Both the position numbers and the translations under genes were made by a program. The notes under the pieces are model-generated. The model saw only the letters and a list, made by a program, of their open reading frames with translations. It had not been told where the DNA came from and did no database searches. A stretch of DNA of 64,000 nt. Origin: Candidatus Zixiibacteriota bacterium. GTDB taxonomy: Bacteria > Zixibacteria > MSB-5A5 > JAABVY01. The stretch's first letter is position 1. Every line of letters begins with the position of its first letter. Shown piece after piece: positions 28,834 to 40,206 of the stretch. The stretch is taken from contig DSEQ01000025.1 of assembly GCA_011056555.1 (NCBI GenBank), positions 3,736 to 67,735 of the forward strand. Direction: 5' to 3'.

Positions 28834-30777
28834 TTAATTAGTCTTTTCCATATTCGGTGACAGTTTTTCCTTGATCTCTCCGCAACGCAGCATCATAGCG
28901 CCGTAAAACGAATTATAGACGGTATCTACAGTCTGGAGCCAGTAGGCCCCCTGGTTATCACGCGCCATCGGACAGAAAGTCAGGAAATAATCCTGGTCCG
29001 AGGCGTGTCCGAATGTTTCCTGCATTTCAATAATAACATTAGAAAGACCATAAAATGCATCGCGTGATTCTTCGATATTCTCGGCCTCGATGCCGGCCTC
29101 TGCATCCGCGATCATCTGCCCGGAATACTTTATCCATTTCATATGCGCATGATCCTTGAACAGGCCCATATCAACATTTTTGACCGACTTTTTTAATCCG
29201 CTGTAAGCTTCTGTAGCCTTGTCCAGCTCATCCGAGGCAAGCGCCATCTGCACATCAAAATAATGCGCATATACCGGGGTCAGGGCCTGCAATGTTTCAG
29301 GATCAAGCGTCACAGCTTCGGGTTCTTTCTGCCCGGAGGAGGGCCGCGATATGGGAGATTGCTGGCCATGCTGATGGGCCGGGCTGCCCCCTCCGCCTTC
29401 CACAAACATCATACTGGGCCGGGCCTGAATCTGAAGCTCGCTGTCGATCTTGAAGGCACCATTGGTAACAACCATTTCACCTTCAGAGAGGCCGGACTTG
29501 ACAACATATAAGTCTCCCGCACGCGGACCCAGTTCAACCTCTCGCCCTTCAAAGACAGGCTTGTCTCCGTCGCTCAGTTCGATATACACAACCGCGCGCT
29601 TTCCTGTCAGAAGAGGAGCGGAAGCCGGTATTACAAGCGGCGCCTCGGATTCCGAATCAGCCAACCGGTCATTGATCACATTTCCTTCCCTGTCCAGAAC
29701 CGACATAATAGTACCGCTTACAAACATGTCTGGCTTGAGCAGACCCTTCGGGTTATCCACTTCGGTCCGTACTCTGGCTGTACGGCTTTGAGGATTGATC
29801 ACAGGATCGATAAAGGTTATTTCAGCGTTGAATTCCTTTCCCGGGAAGGATGGGGATGTGAACACAACATTCTGGCCGACCTTAAGCCAGGGCAGATCGG
29901 TTTCATAGGCGTCGAAAAGCACCCAGATACTGGAAAGGTCGGCTATGGTATAGATTTGAGTGCCGGTCTTCACATACATTCCTTCTTTGGCGTTCTTTTC
30001 GACCACCACTCCGCTGACAGGAGATTTCAGCTTGACCTGCTCCAGCACAACTTCTGATTCTTCAATATCCTTTATTTGGCCTTCAGTCAGACCATAAAGC
30101 CGCAGCTTCTCACGAGCGGATTGAAGCGTCAGGCTGGCGGTCGACTTCAAAACAGAGCTGCCGTTGTTGAGCCTCTCGACCGACTGTTTGGCCTGCAGAA
30201 GTTCTTCCTGAGCGCTTATCAGTTCGGGTGAATAGATGTGTACCATATGTTCACCTTTCTGGACTGTCTCGCCTGTGAAATCAACGAACATTTTATCGAG
30301 CCTTCCGGGAACCCAGGCGGTGATATAGGAAACCTCAGCTTCATCATACGCAATCCTGCCGTTCATCCTGATCTCGGACTCAGCGAAGGCGCGTCTTACC
30401 GGAGTGGTTTGAATGAGAGCCAGTTTCTTGGCAGTTTCGGACATCTTTAACTGGCGCGGTCCCAGATCACCGCTGTTGTCCGATTCAAGCGGGATCAAGT
30501 CCATGAAGCAAATCGGACATTTTCCCGGCTCAGAGAGCTTTATCTGGGGATGCATGGAGCAGGTCCAGGTCGTCGGCTCGGATGAAGCGGCCTGCGCCTC
30601 GGCCTGGCTGTGCTCATGATTGGCGGCAGTGTTTGCCGATTCACCCCCCCGGCCTCCCGAGACTATCATGCCGAAGGAGAACACCACAACTAAAATCGCA
30701 ATGAATACAATCAGTCCCTTTCCCTTGCGCGGTATAAATCCCAGCAGGCTGTCATTATTATTTCTATGTTCAGTCAT
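28834..30777 (-). CDS. cusB: CusB-like RND periplasmic adaptor with heavy-metal-binding and DUF3347-like domains
   Basis: WTCSMHPQI...GKCPICFMDL, YSPELISAQEE, LKPDMF, C-terminal FCPMA...GAYWL...N.FYG..ML.CG. Confidence 0.88.
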   Translation of the reverse strand: MTEHRNNNDSLLGFIPRKGKGLIVFIAILVVVFSFGMIVSGGRGGESANTAANHEHSQAEAQAASSEPTTWTCSMHPQIKLSEPGKCPICFMDLIPLESDNSGDLGPRQLKMSETAKKLALIQTTPVRRAFAESEIRMNGRIAYDEAEVSYITAWVPGRLDKMFVDFTGETVQKGEHMVHIYSPELISAQEELLQAKQSVERLNNGSSVLKSTASLTLQSAREKLRLYGLTEGQIKDIEESEVVLEQVKLKSPVSGVVVEKNAKEGMYVKTGTQIYTIADLSSIWVLFDAYETDLPWLKVGQNVVFTSPSFPGKEFNAEITFIDPVINPQSRTARVRTEVDNPKGLLKPDMFVSGTIMSVLDREGNVINDRLADSESEAPLVIPASAPLLTGKRAVVYIELSDGDKPVFEGREVELGPRAGDLYVVKSGLSEGEMVVTNGAFKIDSELQIQARPSMMFVEGGGGSPAHQHGQQSPISRPSSGQKEPEAVTLDPETLQALTPVYAHYFDVQMALASDELDKATEAYSGLKKSVKNVDMGLFKDHAHMKWIKYSGQMIADAEAGIEAENIEESRDAFYGLSNVIIEMQETFGHASDQDYFLTFCPMARDNQGAYWLQTVDTVYNSFYGAMMLRCGEIKEKLSPNMEKTN

Positions 30778-30807
30778 GTCATTTCTCCTTTCAGCACCAG
30801 GTTCCTG

Positions 30808-31344
30808 TTACATCTCGTGCTGATGCCCATCCGTTTCCATTTTCATTTCAGGCTCTTCTGCTTGCTCATCTGTGGATGACTTTTCATCGAGTTTCATCAG
30901 ATACTTCTGAGGGTCTTCTTCAAATGACGCGACACATCCGGCACAGCAGAAATAAACCCTGCGTCCTTCGTAATCAGCATAAACTTCCTTTTTTTCCAGC
31001 TCCTTACCGGAAACCGGGCAGGTTGTCTGAATATTCTCGAACAGTACGCCTTCGGCGGCTGCCTTCTTAAAATATTTATCCGGATCGGCAACAAGCGCAC
31101 CGGAACATCCCGGACAGCAATGATACACCCTCTGGCCCTGGATATCGGTGTAGACTTCCTTATCTATCTTGCCGCCCATAACCGGGCAAATGGTTTGCGC
31201 TTTCATTTCCACAGCATCAGCTTTCTCCGCACTTTCGGACTTTGCGGTTTTTTCTGCCTTCTCATGCCCCTCGCCTGCCAAGGCCAGTCCGAATGTGAAA
31301 ATGGAAAGTGCAAATACGATTGAGAAAAATTGAAGCTTTTTCAT
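30808..31344 (-). CDS. Periplasmic protein with two YHS/TRASH metal-binding domains
   Basis: Signal peptide; CPVMGG...YHCCPGC and CPVSGK...YFCCAGC. Confidence 0.85.
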   Translation of the reverse strand: MKKLQFFSIVFALSIFTFGLALAGEGHEKAEKTAKSESAEKADAVEMKAQTICPVMGGKIDKEVYTDIQGQRVYHCCPGCSGALVADPDKYFKKAAAEGVLFENIQTTCPVSGKELEKKEVYADYEGRRVYFCCAGCVASFEEDPQKYLMKLDEKSSTDEQAEEPEMKMETDGHQHEM

Positions 31345-31364
31345 CAGCAGCTCCTTTCAAAAAG

Positions 31365-32702
31365 TTAATTGGTTAAATCGGTTTCTAATTCTTTTCCGGT
31401 TAAAACCTCTATCTCGGCCCCGCTTTTGGCCAGATCAGTTTTTGCTTTTTCAAATTTCAAAAGAAAATCCAGAAGCAGCCTCTGTGCATCGAGCACACTC
31501 AAAAAATCAGCCTCGCCCGCCTGATATGCGGAAAAAGATACATTCAGTGACTGCTCCGCCTTGGGAATCAGGCCGTCACGATACAGGCTGACCTTGCGCA
31601 AGGCGTCATTGTGCCTGTAAACTGCTTCCTCCATAATGGTAGCTATATGATTTTCAGAGTTGGCCAGCTTTTCCCGGGTCATCTTATGGCGCGCCTCTGC
31701 TTCCTCTTTTCTGGCCTTATTTTTGCCGAACCAGATAGGAATATTTATGCTGGCTGAAACCATCCAGGGATCCTTCCCGCTATCCTCCAGCGAGGGATTT
31801 ATGGCGTCGCCTGTTTCGATATAATCCACACCGAAAGTGAAGCTGGGATAAGATGATTTGCTCGCCAACCGGATTCCTGCCTCCTCCTTCTCAACCAGCG
31901 ATCTGATAACATCAAGATCGGGATTATTCTGTATCGCGGCCGAAATCAAGGAATCTTCTGAAAGCGTCAATTCATCAACCTCCATCGTATCAGGAACCGG
32001 AATAGGCCGGGAATCTTTTAGATTCAATGCTTCAAGCAGGCGTGCTCTGGCTGGACGAAGCCTGTCTTCAAGGCTCTGTAGACGATCCTCCAGCATGCCC
32101 AGTTCTACCTGGGCCTTGATGACATCGGGATGCCCTTTCTGGCCCACCTTGTATTTGATGCGGGCCACCGATTCCCAGAATTTTAACAGCTCAAAATTAT
32201 CCTCAGTCAACTGGATTTCTCTTCCGAGATAGTAGAGATCGTAGTATGCGGCCTTAACCTGGTAGATCAGCCTCAGCCTGGCCGATTGATAATTCTTATA
32301 AGCGGCATTAGCTGCCTCCAGCGCGATCTCTTTTCTGGCGCCGAGGGTGCCGAACCAGGGGAAGCTCTGCTTCAGGCCGATCCTGAATTCCTGGGGTCCG
32401 ACACGAGTTTCCACATTCTCGATGAAGTGACCGTAGGAGATCATCGGATCGGGCAGGGCCCCAGCATAGCCGGCTTTTTCAAGCTCGGATTTCCAGCGGT
32501 AAAAAGCCGCCTTCAAAGCGGGATTATTTTTCATCGCAATTTTCAGGTAATCCTCAAGCCTGGCGCTGGAATCGATGCCGATTGATCCGGGAGCATCCTG
32601 CTGGTAAAAATGCTCCAGCGAATCCGCCAGTCTTTCGGCTTCGCCCTTATCCAGCGCATATAATAATGAAGGCAAAATCACCAGAGTGACTGCCATCGCC
32701 AT
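31365..32702 (-). CDS. TolC/CusC outer-membrane efflux protein
   Basis: A..NNP.L, LPDP, Q.FPWFG, NIPIW, YQAG...FL.VLDAQ; GAGGA RBS before ATG 32702 (the ORF can extend to 32747). Confidence 0.9.
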   Translation of the reverse strand: MAMAVTLVILPSLLYALDKGEAERLADSLEHFYQQDAPGSIGIDSSARLEDYLKIAMKNNPALKAAFYRWKSELEKAGYAGALPDPMISYGHFIENVETRVGPQEFRIGLKQSFPWFGTLGARKEIALEAANAAYKNYQSARLRLIYQVKAAYYDLYYLGREIQLTEDNFELLKFWESVARIKYKVGQKGHPDVIKAQVELGMLEDRLQSLEDRLRPARARLLEALNLKDSRPIPVPDTMEVDELTLSEDSLISAAIQNNPDLDVIRSLVEKEEAGIRLASKSSYPSFTFGVDYIETGDAINPSLEDSGKDPWMVSASINIPIWFGKNKARKEEAEARHKMTREKLANSENHIATIMEEAVYRHNDALRKVSLYRDGLIPKAEQSLNVSFSAYQAGEADFLSVLDAQRLLLDFLLKFEKAKTDLAKSGAEIEVLTGKELETDLTN

Positions 32703-32752
32703 AATTTCTAGTCCTCTTTTTCTCACTAACTTCATCATATCGCCCATTAATA

Positions 32753-32769
32753 GTCAAATTGCATGCCAA
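32753..32769 (-). promoter_or_regulatory. Probable sigma54 promoter of the Cus operon
   Basis: Minus strand TTGGCATGCAATTTGAC = GG-N10-GA (variant -12 element). Confidence 0.55.
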
Positions 32770-32832
32770 AGAGCGTAACCTATTAATAGACAATAAGAAG
32801 AGTTTAATGCGGGAAATAAACGGGATGAAAAT

Positions 32833-32868
32833 TGTGGAATATTCTACATTTTTGCAGACTATTCTCCA
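32833..32868. promoter_or_regulatory. Tandem enhancer (UAS) boxes
   Basis: TGTGGAATATTCTACA (32833-32848) and TGCAGACTATTCTCCA (32853-32868), 20 bp apart, 65-100 bp upstream of the -24 element. Confidence 0.65.
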
Positions 32869-32890
32869 GAAGATTGGAGGTATCTGGAAA

Positions 32891-33943
32891 TCAGCAGATT
32901 CTGGGAAGCTGTTCTCCGCTTAACATATCAACTATTCTTTCGGTGCCTATTCTGGTTTTTAATGTAACCAGACCCGATTCTTCTTTTGTAACCTTCCCGA
33001 TGATTGCGGGTGAAAAATCGTGATCAGCCGCATTGATAATCACAAGTGCTTTCCCAGCATCGCCGGGCTTAACAAACATGACAAAGCGCCCCTCATTGGC
33101 AACATAAATCGGATCAAACCCGAGCATTTCGCAGGCCCCGCGCACACCCTTGCTGATGATGATGGACTTCTCTTCCAATTCTATCCGGAATTTCGAACTG
33201 CGGGCAATTTCGACACAAGCTGTGGCCAGACCTCCGCGGGTAAGATCGCGCAGGCAGTGAATCTCGATGCCGGCTTCCAGCAGTTTCATGATAACATCTG
33301 AAAGGGATATACAATCGCTTTCTATTTCAGTATCGAACGACAGCCTCTCACGTTTTGCCATCACCGCCATTCCATGCCTTCCAATATCCCCGTTAAGGAT
33401 TACAGCATCCCCCGGCCTTATACTTGAGGGCCTGATATTCAAATCGTGTTCAATAATTCCGATTCCTGCCGTATTAATATAAATCTGGTCGCATTTACCT
33501 TTATCGACTACTTTCGTATCGCCGGTAATAATTTTAGCTCCGGCATTTGCAGCCTCCCTTCGCATCGACAGGCAGATTTTCCAGAGTGTCTCGATTTCCA
33601 GACCTTCTTCCAGAATAAATCCGACGCTTATATACAGGGGGCGCGCCCCGCTCATGGCCAGATCATTGACCGTACCGCAAACAGCCAGCTTGCCTATATC
33701 GCCGCCCGGAAAAAAGATCGGTTGTATGACATATGAATCGGTGGTATAAGCAAGCCTTCCAGACGGTGCATGAATAACCGCGCTGTCATGCTCGCTTTCA
33801 AGACTGGAAGAATAAAAGGCGGCTACAAAAAGCTTTTCTATCAACTCATGCATCAGGCGTCCACCGCCCCCATGAGCCATCCTGATATGCGGATATTTAT
33901 CTTTTGGAATGGGGCACTCTTTTTCTCTCGGGTCAGCATCCAT
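32891..33943 (-). CDS. hypE: Hydrogenase maturation protein HypE
   Basis: [33 protein letters not shown]-terminal LPRIC. Confidence 0.97.
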   Translation of the reverse strand: MDADPREKECPIPKDKYPHIRMAHGGGGRLMHELIEKLFVAAFYSSSLESEHDSAVIHAPSGRLAYTTDSYVIQPIFFPGGDIGKLAVCGTVNDLAMSGARPLYISVGFILEEGLEIETLWKICLSMRREAANAGAKIITGDTKVVDKGKCDQIYINTAGIGIIEHDLNIRPSSIRPGDAVILNGDIGRHGMAVMAKRERLSFDTEIESDCISLSDVIMKLLEAGIEIHCLRDLTRGGLATACVEIARSSKFRIELEEKSIIISKGVRGACEMLGFDPIYVANEGRFVMFVKPGDAGKALVIINAADHDFSPAIIGKVTKEESGLVTLKTRIGTERIVDMLSGEQLPRIC

Positions 33944-35053
33944 CTATTCAAGCCCTGTCTTTTGCAGATCCAACTTACGGTAGCTATAGTAAGCGCTGCA
34001 TGCGCCCTCGGAGGAAACCATTGTCGCCCCAAGCGGATTTTCGGGAGTACATCTGGTGCCAAATGCCGGACAGTCGAATGGTTTCCGTGTGCCTTTCAGA
34101 ATCTCAGCGCTAATACATTCCCCGCTTTGATCCGAAATATCATCGACTTTTCCGAATTTCTCCTCGGCATCATACTGTCTGTACTTATCGCTTATTGCAA
34201 GACCGCTGGATTCTATCATCCCAAGCCCGCGCCATCTTCTATCCACGATTGTCAATACATCTTCCATAACCCTGCGCGCCTCTGCATTTCCCTCTCGTTT
34301 TACCGAACGGGAATACTGATTTTCAACCATAGCTCTTCCATCCTCAAGCTGCGCTAAAGACATATATATTCCCTGGATGATATCCAGAGGCTCGAATCCG
34401 GTGACCACAATTGGAACACTATATCCTGCAGACAATTCCTCGTACTGTTCGAAGCCGCTGACAGTGCATACATGACCGGCCGCAAGAAAAGCGTCGACTT
34501 TATTATTATCTGATGACAATATCACTTCCATGGCCGGAGGAATCAGAACCATCGCAGATAAAACCGAGAAGTTCTCGAGTCCAACCAGACCGGCCTGAAG
34601 GATTGACATCGCATTGGCAGGCGCCGTGGTCTCAAATCCGATCCCGAAAAAGACTACTTCCTTGTCAGGATTTTCCTGTGCGATTCTGAGCGCGTCAAGA
34701 GGAGAATAGACTACACGAAGATCGCCCCCGGCAGACTTAACACTAAACAGATCTCCTGCTGATCCCGGCACGCGCATCATATCCCCGAATGAGCAGAATA
34801 TCACATTTTCGCGGCCGGCGATCTCGATTGCCTTGTCGATAATGCTGAGCGGGGTGACACAGACCGGGCATCCGGGGCCGTGCAAAAGCGTAATCCTGTC
34901 GGGCAAGAGCTGATCCAGCCCGTGTCTGACAATGGCATGGGTCTGTCCCCCGCAGACCTCCATTATGTTCCAGTCTCGGCTTGTTATGCTTTTTATTTTC
35001 TCTGCAAAAGCGGCCACAGCCCGGGGATTATGATATTCGTCGATATATTTCAT
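33944..35053 (-). CDS. hypD: Hydrogenase maturation protein HypD
   Basis: [37 protein letters not shown]. Confidence 0.97.
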   Translation of the reverse strand: MKYIDEYHNPRAVAAFAEKIKSITSRDWNIMEVCGGQTHAIVRHGLDQLLPDRITLLHGPGCPVCVTPLSIIDKAIEIAGRENVIFCSFGDMMRVPGSAGDLFSVKSAGGDLRVVYSPLDALRIAQENPDKEVVFFGIGFETTAPANAMSILQAGLVGLENFSVLSAMVLIPPAMEVILSSDNNKVDAFLAAGHVCTVSGFEQYEELSAGYSVPIVVTGFEPLDIIQGIYMSLAQLEDGRAMVENQYSRSVKREGNAEARRVMEDVLTIVDRRWRGLGMIESSGLAISDKYRQYDAEEKFGKVDDISDQSGECISAEILKGTRKPFDCPAFGTRCTPENPLGATMVSSEGACSAYYSYRKLDLQKTGLE

Positions 35054-35301
35054 TGCCTGTCCGCCTCTTCCATCATGCCGTCAATTTCATCGAGATATTC
35101 AAAGACTCTCTGCGCCTCATCCTCATCAACCATGCTGATAGCAAAACCGGCATGCACAATCACGTAGTCACCAATATTAGCATCCGGTACAAGTGACAGG
35201 TTTATTTGCTTGATAACCCCGCCGAAATTGACACGGCCGGTGTGCATCAAAGAATCGTCTCTTTCAATGCCGATAATCTTTCCCGGTATGGCCAGACACA
35301 T
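35050..35301 (-). CDS. hypC: Hydrogenase chaperone HypC
   Basis: MCLAIPG...[12 protein letters not shown]. Confidence 0.97.
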   Translation of the reverse strand: MCLAIPGKIIGIERDDSLMHTGRVNFGGVIKQINLSLVPDANIGDYVIVHAGFAISMVDEDEAQRVFEYLDEIDGMMEEADRQ

Positions 35302-35306
35302 TTATC

Positions 35307-37616
35307 TTACTCCATAGATTCTTCTCTGGAAACTGCCATAATCTGACCCAACGAGATCCCGCCGTCATTAGGTGGAACCAGGTTGTGCCAGTATGGCAGA
35401 AAGCCCTCTTTCTTCAGGCGGTCAACCGCTTTTTCGGTCAAATACTTGTTCTGGAAACATCCGCCCGAAAGCACGACACGCTTCTTCCCATAAATCTTCG
35501 CAATCTCAACAATCATCTCAGCCAGTGTATTATGAAATCTTGCGGCAATTCGGTTTATGGAAATATCTCTACCATAGTCCTTGTTGATGTCATTGATCAT
35601 CTTTTCCCAATCTATAATATGTATATCTCCCTTTCTGGCAAGATCAAATGAGTAGCTCCCGAGATCATCAGACTTCTCCGCCGCAAATTCCAGCAGCATG
35701 GCTGCCTCTCCCTCGAAGTCGATTTCGTGGCAAAGTCCGATTATTGAGGCGACCGCGTCAAACAGGCGTCCCATACTCGATGTTCGCGGGCAATTGATCT
35801 CATTTTTCAACGCGCCCAGGAGTGGCTGCTTCTGTTCCGGCCTGAACCTGTCCAGAGGATTATTCTTTTCCATCCCGATGATATCTCGTCCATAAAGCTC
35901 GTACATCATCCCCAGCGCCGACCGTCTGGGTCTCAAAATTGCCCTCTCACCGCCGGGAAGCGGGAATGTCCTCAGATGGGCAATTCGCTGGTACGATTTA
36001 CCATCAATAGCCAGAAACTCTCCGCCCCAGATAGTGCCATCCTCGCCATACCCGCTGCCATCCCAGGCCACACCCAGGACATCAGAACTCAGACCATTTT
36101 CTGCCATACAGCTCAGGATGTGCGCATGATGATGCTGCACCTGCAGCAGTGGAGGTCCGCTTTTCCCGGCATAAACTGTGGAATAATAATCGGGATGCTT
36201 GTCGCAGGCTATAATGTCGGGCTTGAATTCATAAATATCAGAAAGTGAATTTATGGTGTCATTGAATGTGTCGATAGAAAGTCTCGTATCCAGGTCACCT
36301 ATGTGCTGGCTCATGAAAACATTCTTGCCTGATGACAGGGCGATAGTATTTTTCTGATGTGCCCCCACTGACAGGCTCGGCCTGGAGGGTTCTTTCAGAT
36401 ATATCGGCAGCGGAGCATAACCGCGCGCTCGTCTGAGGACAAGCTCTCTTGCGGCCGCCACGCGCACGATTGAATCGTCCACATGTCTTGCAATCGGCCG
36501 GTTGTGCACAAGAAATAGATCAGCGACACCCGACAGTCTTGCGAGAGCTTCCTTTTCATCGGTACAGATCGGCTCCTCGGCCAAATTTCCGCTGGTGGCC
36601 ACAACCGGAATTTTCAATTTGTGCATCAAGATATGATGCAATGGTGTGTAGGGCAGCATGATCCCAAGATAGGGATTATCCGGCGCGATACCCTTGAGAG
36701 GCCGAGGTGTACTTTCCAGGCCAAACCGCTTTCGCTTCAGAAGCACAATCGGAGCCTCGGATGATGTCAGTAGTTTTCTTTCAAGCTCGCTGACCTCGCA
36801 CTCCTGTTCAACCATAGCTATATTGGGATACATGAGTGCAAAGGGCTTCTTCTTTCGGCTTTTCAAACTCCGCAACCGCCTGACCGCCTGATAATTCTGT
36901 GCATCGACTATCAGATGAAATCCCCCCAGACCTTTCAAAGCCAGTATTTCACCGCCCAAAACAGCTTCGCAGGCCAGATCCAGAGCCTCATTACGCAGCG
37001 CCAGAGCCTCCCCGGATTTATCCCACAATTCCAGATGCGGTCCGCATCGGGGGCAGGCATTGGGCTGGGCATGAAAACGACGATTTACAGGATTTTCATA
37101 TTCCTCGCGGCACTCGTCGCACATTTCAAAAATTTTCATCGTGGTCATGGCGCGGTCATAGGGCAGCCCTTCTATAATACTATAGCGCGGACCGCAGTTC
37201 GTGCAGTTTGTGAAGGGGTAAAGGTAATGCCTGTTTTCAGGATCGAATATTTCGCGCAGACAGTCCGGGCAGGTTGCGATATCCGGCAGGACCACAGCCG
37301 TTTTATCTCCTGATGATTGGCTGTCGATGATCCGAAAGCCGGTTTCATTTTTCGGATCGATGTACTTCCGCCCGATATCGTCTATTCTGGAATGAACGGG
37401 CCTTTCAGCTTTTAATAATTCCGGGAATGTTTCAATATTTTTGCTATCACCCTCCAGTTCGATTTCTACACCACCTGACGAGTTGTTTATCCATCCCGAT
37501 AATCCTAGTCTTGACGCCAGCCTATAGACTGTCGGACGAAAACCCACACCCTGGACAGCGCCGCTGATCCTGAGATTTACACGTTTGAGCTGTCTATTTG
37601 AAATATTTGCTTTCAT
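35307..37616 (-). CDS. hypF: Carbamoyltransferase HypF
   Basis: VQGVGFRP, two CxxC zinc fingers, KGLGGFH, QHHHAH, WDGSGYG, PNDGGISLGQ. Confidence 0.97.
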   Translation of the reverse strand: MKANISNRQLKRVNLRISGAVQGVGFRPTVYRLASRLGLSGWINNSSGGVEIELEGDSKNIETFPELLKAERPVHSRIDDIGRKYIDPKNETGFRIIDSQSSGDKTAVVLPDIATCPDCLREIFDPENRHYLYPFTNCTNCGPRYSIIEGLPYDRAMTTMKIFEMCDECREEYENPVNRRFHAQPNACPRCGPHLELWDKSGEALALRNEALDLACEAVLGGEILALKGLGGFHLIVDAQNYQAVRRLRSLKSRKKKPFALMYPNIAMVEQECEVSELERKLLTSSEAPIVLLKRKRFGLESTPRPLKGIAPDNPYLGIMLPYTPLHHILMHKLKIPVVATSGNLAEEPICTDEKEALARLSGVADLFLVHNRPIARHVDDSIVRVAAARELVLRRARGYAPLPIYLKEPSRPSLSVGAHQKNTIALSSGKNVFMSQHIGDLDTRLSIDTFNDTINSLSDIYEFKPDIIACDKHPDYYSTVYAGKSGPPLLQVQHHHAHILSCMAENGLSSDVLGVAWDGSGYGEDGTIWGGEFLAIDGKSYQRIAHLRTFPLPGGERAILRPRRSALGMMYELYGRDIIGMEKNNPLDRFRPEQKQPLLGALKNEINCPRTSSMGRLFDAVASIIGLCHEIDFEGEAAMLLEFAAEKSDDLGSYSFDLARKGDIHIIDWEKMINDINKDYGRDISINRIAARFHNTLAEMIVEIAKIYGKKRVVLSGGCFQNKYLTEKAVDRLKKEGFLPYWHNLVPPNDGGISLGQIMAVSREESME

Positions 37617-37656
37617 ATGCTTTTAAAATAAATCATACGGTTTGATCATTCCGTTA

Positions 37657-38154
37657 TCATGATAAATAAACCAGCTCATCGATCTCTTGCTTGATCTTGA
37701 TAATTACTTTGCTGATCGCAGGCTTGATCTCTTGTGAAAAACACTTTCCGTGCTCAAAATTCCTGCATTCGATACAATAGACAATCAATTTCTCGGGTAA
37801 ACTCTCCAGGGTTCGAGCAAGCTCGATCGCCTCTCTAAGATTAAATGTGTGTGTGGATAAACTCGAGGTGATGTCCTCGGGAATTTCCTCGTTTAATGCA
37901 TCAAATCGAAAAACTGTTCCGGGTTCACATCCGGAGCATACGGCATCCACAAAGAATACATGCTTTCGTTTCTTCCAATGTTCTATCAGTTTTGTGCTGT
38001 CCCCTACATCCTTTATATATCTTGTCCGATCAGGGTAAAGCTGGAAGATCTTTTTTGCTATCACCGGACCCACCGCATCATCAGAGCGGAATTCATTTCC
38101 GGCGCCTACCAAAAGGATAAGGTCTTCCTCCTGCATCGTAGCTACCTCACTCAC
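37657..38154 (-). CDS. Hydrogenase maturation protease (HycI/HybD family)
   Basis: [20 protein letters not shown] motifs. Confidence 0.9.
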   Translation of the reverse strand: MSEVATMQEEDLILLVGAGNEFRSDDAVGPVIAKKIFQLYPDRTRYIKDVGDSTKLIEHWKKRKHVFFVDAVCSGCEPGTVFRFDALNEEIPEDITSSLSTHTFNLREAIELARTLESLPEKLIVYCIECRNFEHGKCFSQEIKPAISKVIIKIKQEIDELVYLS

Positions 38155-39436
38155 GGTCTATGGTTAGCTTCAGGAAATGGCAGGAGCAGGAGATGCAGGG
38201 ATCGTAGTTGCGAACGGCCTGTTCACATTTCCAGGTTAACTCGTCATGGGACAGGTTCAGGTTCTTCGAGACAAATTCTGTAAGATCCTCTTCTACCGAT
38301 GATTGATTCTGTGAGGTTGGCGGAATAATTCTGGCATCTTTAATAATGCCATTCTTGTCAATCTGATAACGATGGTAGAGTGTCCCGCGAGGAGCTTCCG
38401 TGGCGCCATGCCCGACGCCTTCTTGTGGTTCTATCTCTATATATGGTTGATCCGGCATTTCACAACTGGCGATTATGCGGAGCGCCTCATCACAGGCGTA
38501 TAATGTCTCAACCGCCCTTACTATTATGCTTTTGAAGGGATTATTGCAGGTCTTGCTCAGGCCGGCTTCTTTGGCGGCCTCTTTTGAGATCTTTGAGAGT
38601 TTATTGAAATTAAGACTGTAACGCGCCATTGGCCCGGTCATGTACGAACCGCGCCCCTTTACAGAGGCCTGCAGCGAGGTGGAATGCTTGACGTGATGTT
38701 CCTCGAAATAATCCAGGAACTGTTCAACACCGATATCGATGCCCTTATTGGAGGCTATCCCGCCCTCATCAATGGGGTACTCGCTTTCATGACTCACGCT
38801 TACGAATTCATAATCCCGTTCAAAATCGGGGAAGTCAAAGGTCGAGACCCATTTTACAGTTTCCAGTGAAGCATCCCGTGCCCATTTCAATGGCTCAACC
38901 ATCTTCTGCAGTTCTTTCTTGTTGGGGACTTTATAAAATCCGCCGACCCGAATATTGATGGGATGGATTTCGCGGCCACCCATCAGGATCATCAGATCAT
39001 TGCCGATCTTCTTGAGCTTTAGGCCTCGTTTTACAACATCCGGGTAATCTTTTGCCATCCCGATCGCATCCTCATATCCCAGAAAATCGGGGGCATGCAG
39101 CATATAAATATGCAGGCCATGGCTTTCGATCCATTCACCGCAGTAAATCAGTCTTCTCAAATCGCGAAGCGGCCCCTCGACCTTGACACCGCAGGCCATC
39201 TCCATCGCATGGCAAGAGCTCATCATGTAGGCAATCGGGCAGATCCCGCAAATTCGGGCGGTGATATCCGGGGCCTCGGTGAATTTCCGTCCGCGCAGAA
39301 AAGCCTCGAAAAACCTGGGCGGCTCGAATATATTCAGCTTTGCTTCCTTAACCTCATCACCGCGGATTTTGACCTGAAGTCCACCCTCTCCCTCGACACG
39401 GGCCAGGTAATCCACCTTGATCGATTTACCTTTCAT
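38147..39436 (-). CDS. hydA: Group 3b [NiFe]-hydrogenase large (alpha) subunit
   Basis: ARVEGEG, EPPRFFE, L1 RICGICP, EAPRGTL.H.Y, L2 DPCISCSCH plus a short cleavable tail. Confidence 0.93.
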   Translation of the reverse strand: MKGKSIKVDYLARVEGEGGLQVKIRGDEVKEAKLNIFEPPRFFEAFLRGRKFTEAPDITARICGICPIAYMMSSCHAMEMACGVKVEGPLRDLRRLIYCGEWIESHGLHIYMLHAPDFLGYEDAIGMAKDYPDVVKRGLKLKKIGNDLMILMGGREIHPINIRVGGFYKVPNKKELQKMVEPLKWARDASLETVKWVSTFDFPDFERDYEFVSVSHESEYPIDEGGIASNKGIDIGVEQFLDYFEEHHVKHSTSLQASVKGRGSYMTGPMARYSLNFNKLSKISKEAAKEAGLSKTCNNPFKSIIVRAVETLYACDEALRIIASCEMPDQPYIEIEPQEGVGHGATEAPRGTLYHRYQIDKNGIIKDARIIPPTSQNQSSVEEDLTEFVSKNLNLSHDELTWKCEQAVRNYDPCISCSCHFLKLTIDRE

Positions 39437-40205
39437 GAGCTTCACTCTCCTTCCGGAATGAATCGGCATAGGCATTAAAATTGCGGAAGAATCTGGTCAG
39501 GTCGTCTCTGGAAACATTGAGTTTTTTACACCATTCGGCCAGTGAATTTGTATTGGGTGTTTCCTTGGGTCCGAAGCATCCATAACAGCCCCGATTATAG
39601 GAGGGACACAATGCGCCGCATCCAGCCTGTGTCACCGGACCCAGGCAGGGAGTACCATGCGCGACCATCACGCAGATGTTACCCTTGCGCTTGCATTCCA
39701 TGCACACGCTGTAGGGCGGGATAATCGGCTTCCTGCCGATCAAAAAAGCGCTTACAACCTCGAGCAGCTGGTATTTATTGATAGGACAGCCGCGCAATTC
39801 GTAGTCCACAAATACATGATCTGAAATCGGCGTGGACTTGTTCAGGGTTACGATATATTCCGGGCTGGGGTAAACTATAGCAACAAAATCCTTCACATCG
39901 CTGAAATTTCTGAGCGCCTGTATTCCGCCCGCGGTGGCACAGGCGCCAATCGTCACCAGCACTTTGGAAGCCCTTCTTACCTTATGAATCCGCTCTGCAT
40001 CATGCGGTGTGGTAATCGAACCTTCCACCAGAGAAACATCATATGGACCCTTGATGACTGCACGGGAGGCCTCCGGGAAATTGGCAATCGTAATCTTATC
40101 CGCAACTGCCAGAAGTTCATCTTCACAGTCTAGAAGACTAAGCTGGCAGCCATCGCATGAGGCGAATTTCCATACCGCGAGTTTTGGTTTACGCTCCCTG
40201 GCCAT
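39426..40205 (-). CDS. hydD: Group 3b hydrogenase small (delta) subunit
   Basis: SCDGCQ, GACA..GG, GCP, C..C, CLGP...GC.A.CP...C.GC. Confidence 0.92.
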   Translation of the reverse strand: MARERKPKLAVWKFASCDGCQLSLLDCEDELLAVADKITIANFPEASRAVIKGPYDVSLVEGSITTPHDAERIHKVRRASKVLVTIGACATAGGIQALRNFSDVKDFVAIVYPSPEYIVTLNKSTPISDHVFVDYELRGCPINKYQLLEVVSAFLIGRKPIIPPYSVCMECKRKGNICVMVAHGTPCLGPVTQAGCGALCPSYNRGCYGCFGPKETPNTNSLAEWCKKLNVSRDDLTRFFRNFNAYADSFRKESEAHER

Positions 40206-40206
40206 A

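Noticed and set aside
38147-38220. Selenocysteine ([NiFeSe]) hydrogenase
   Set aside because: The L2 motif DPCISC is encoded by TGC codons with no in-frame TGA.
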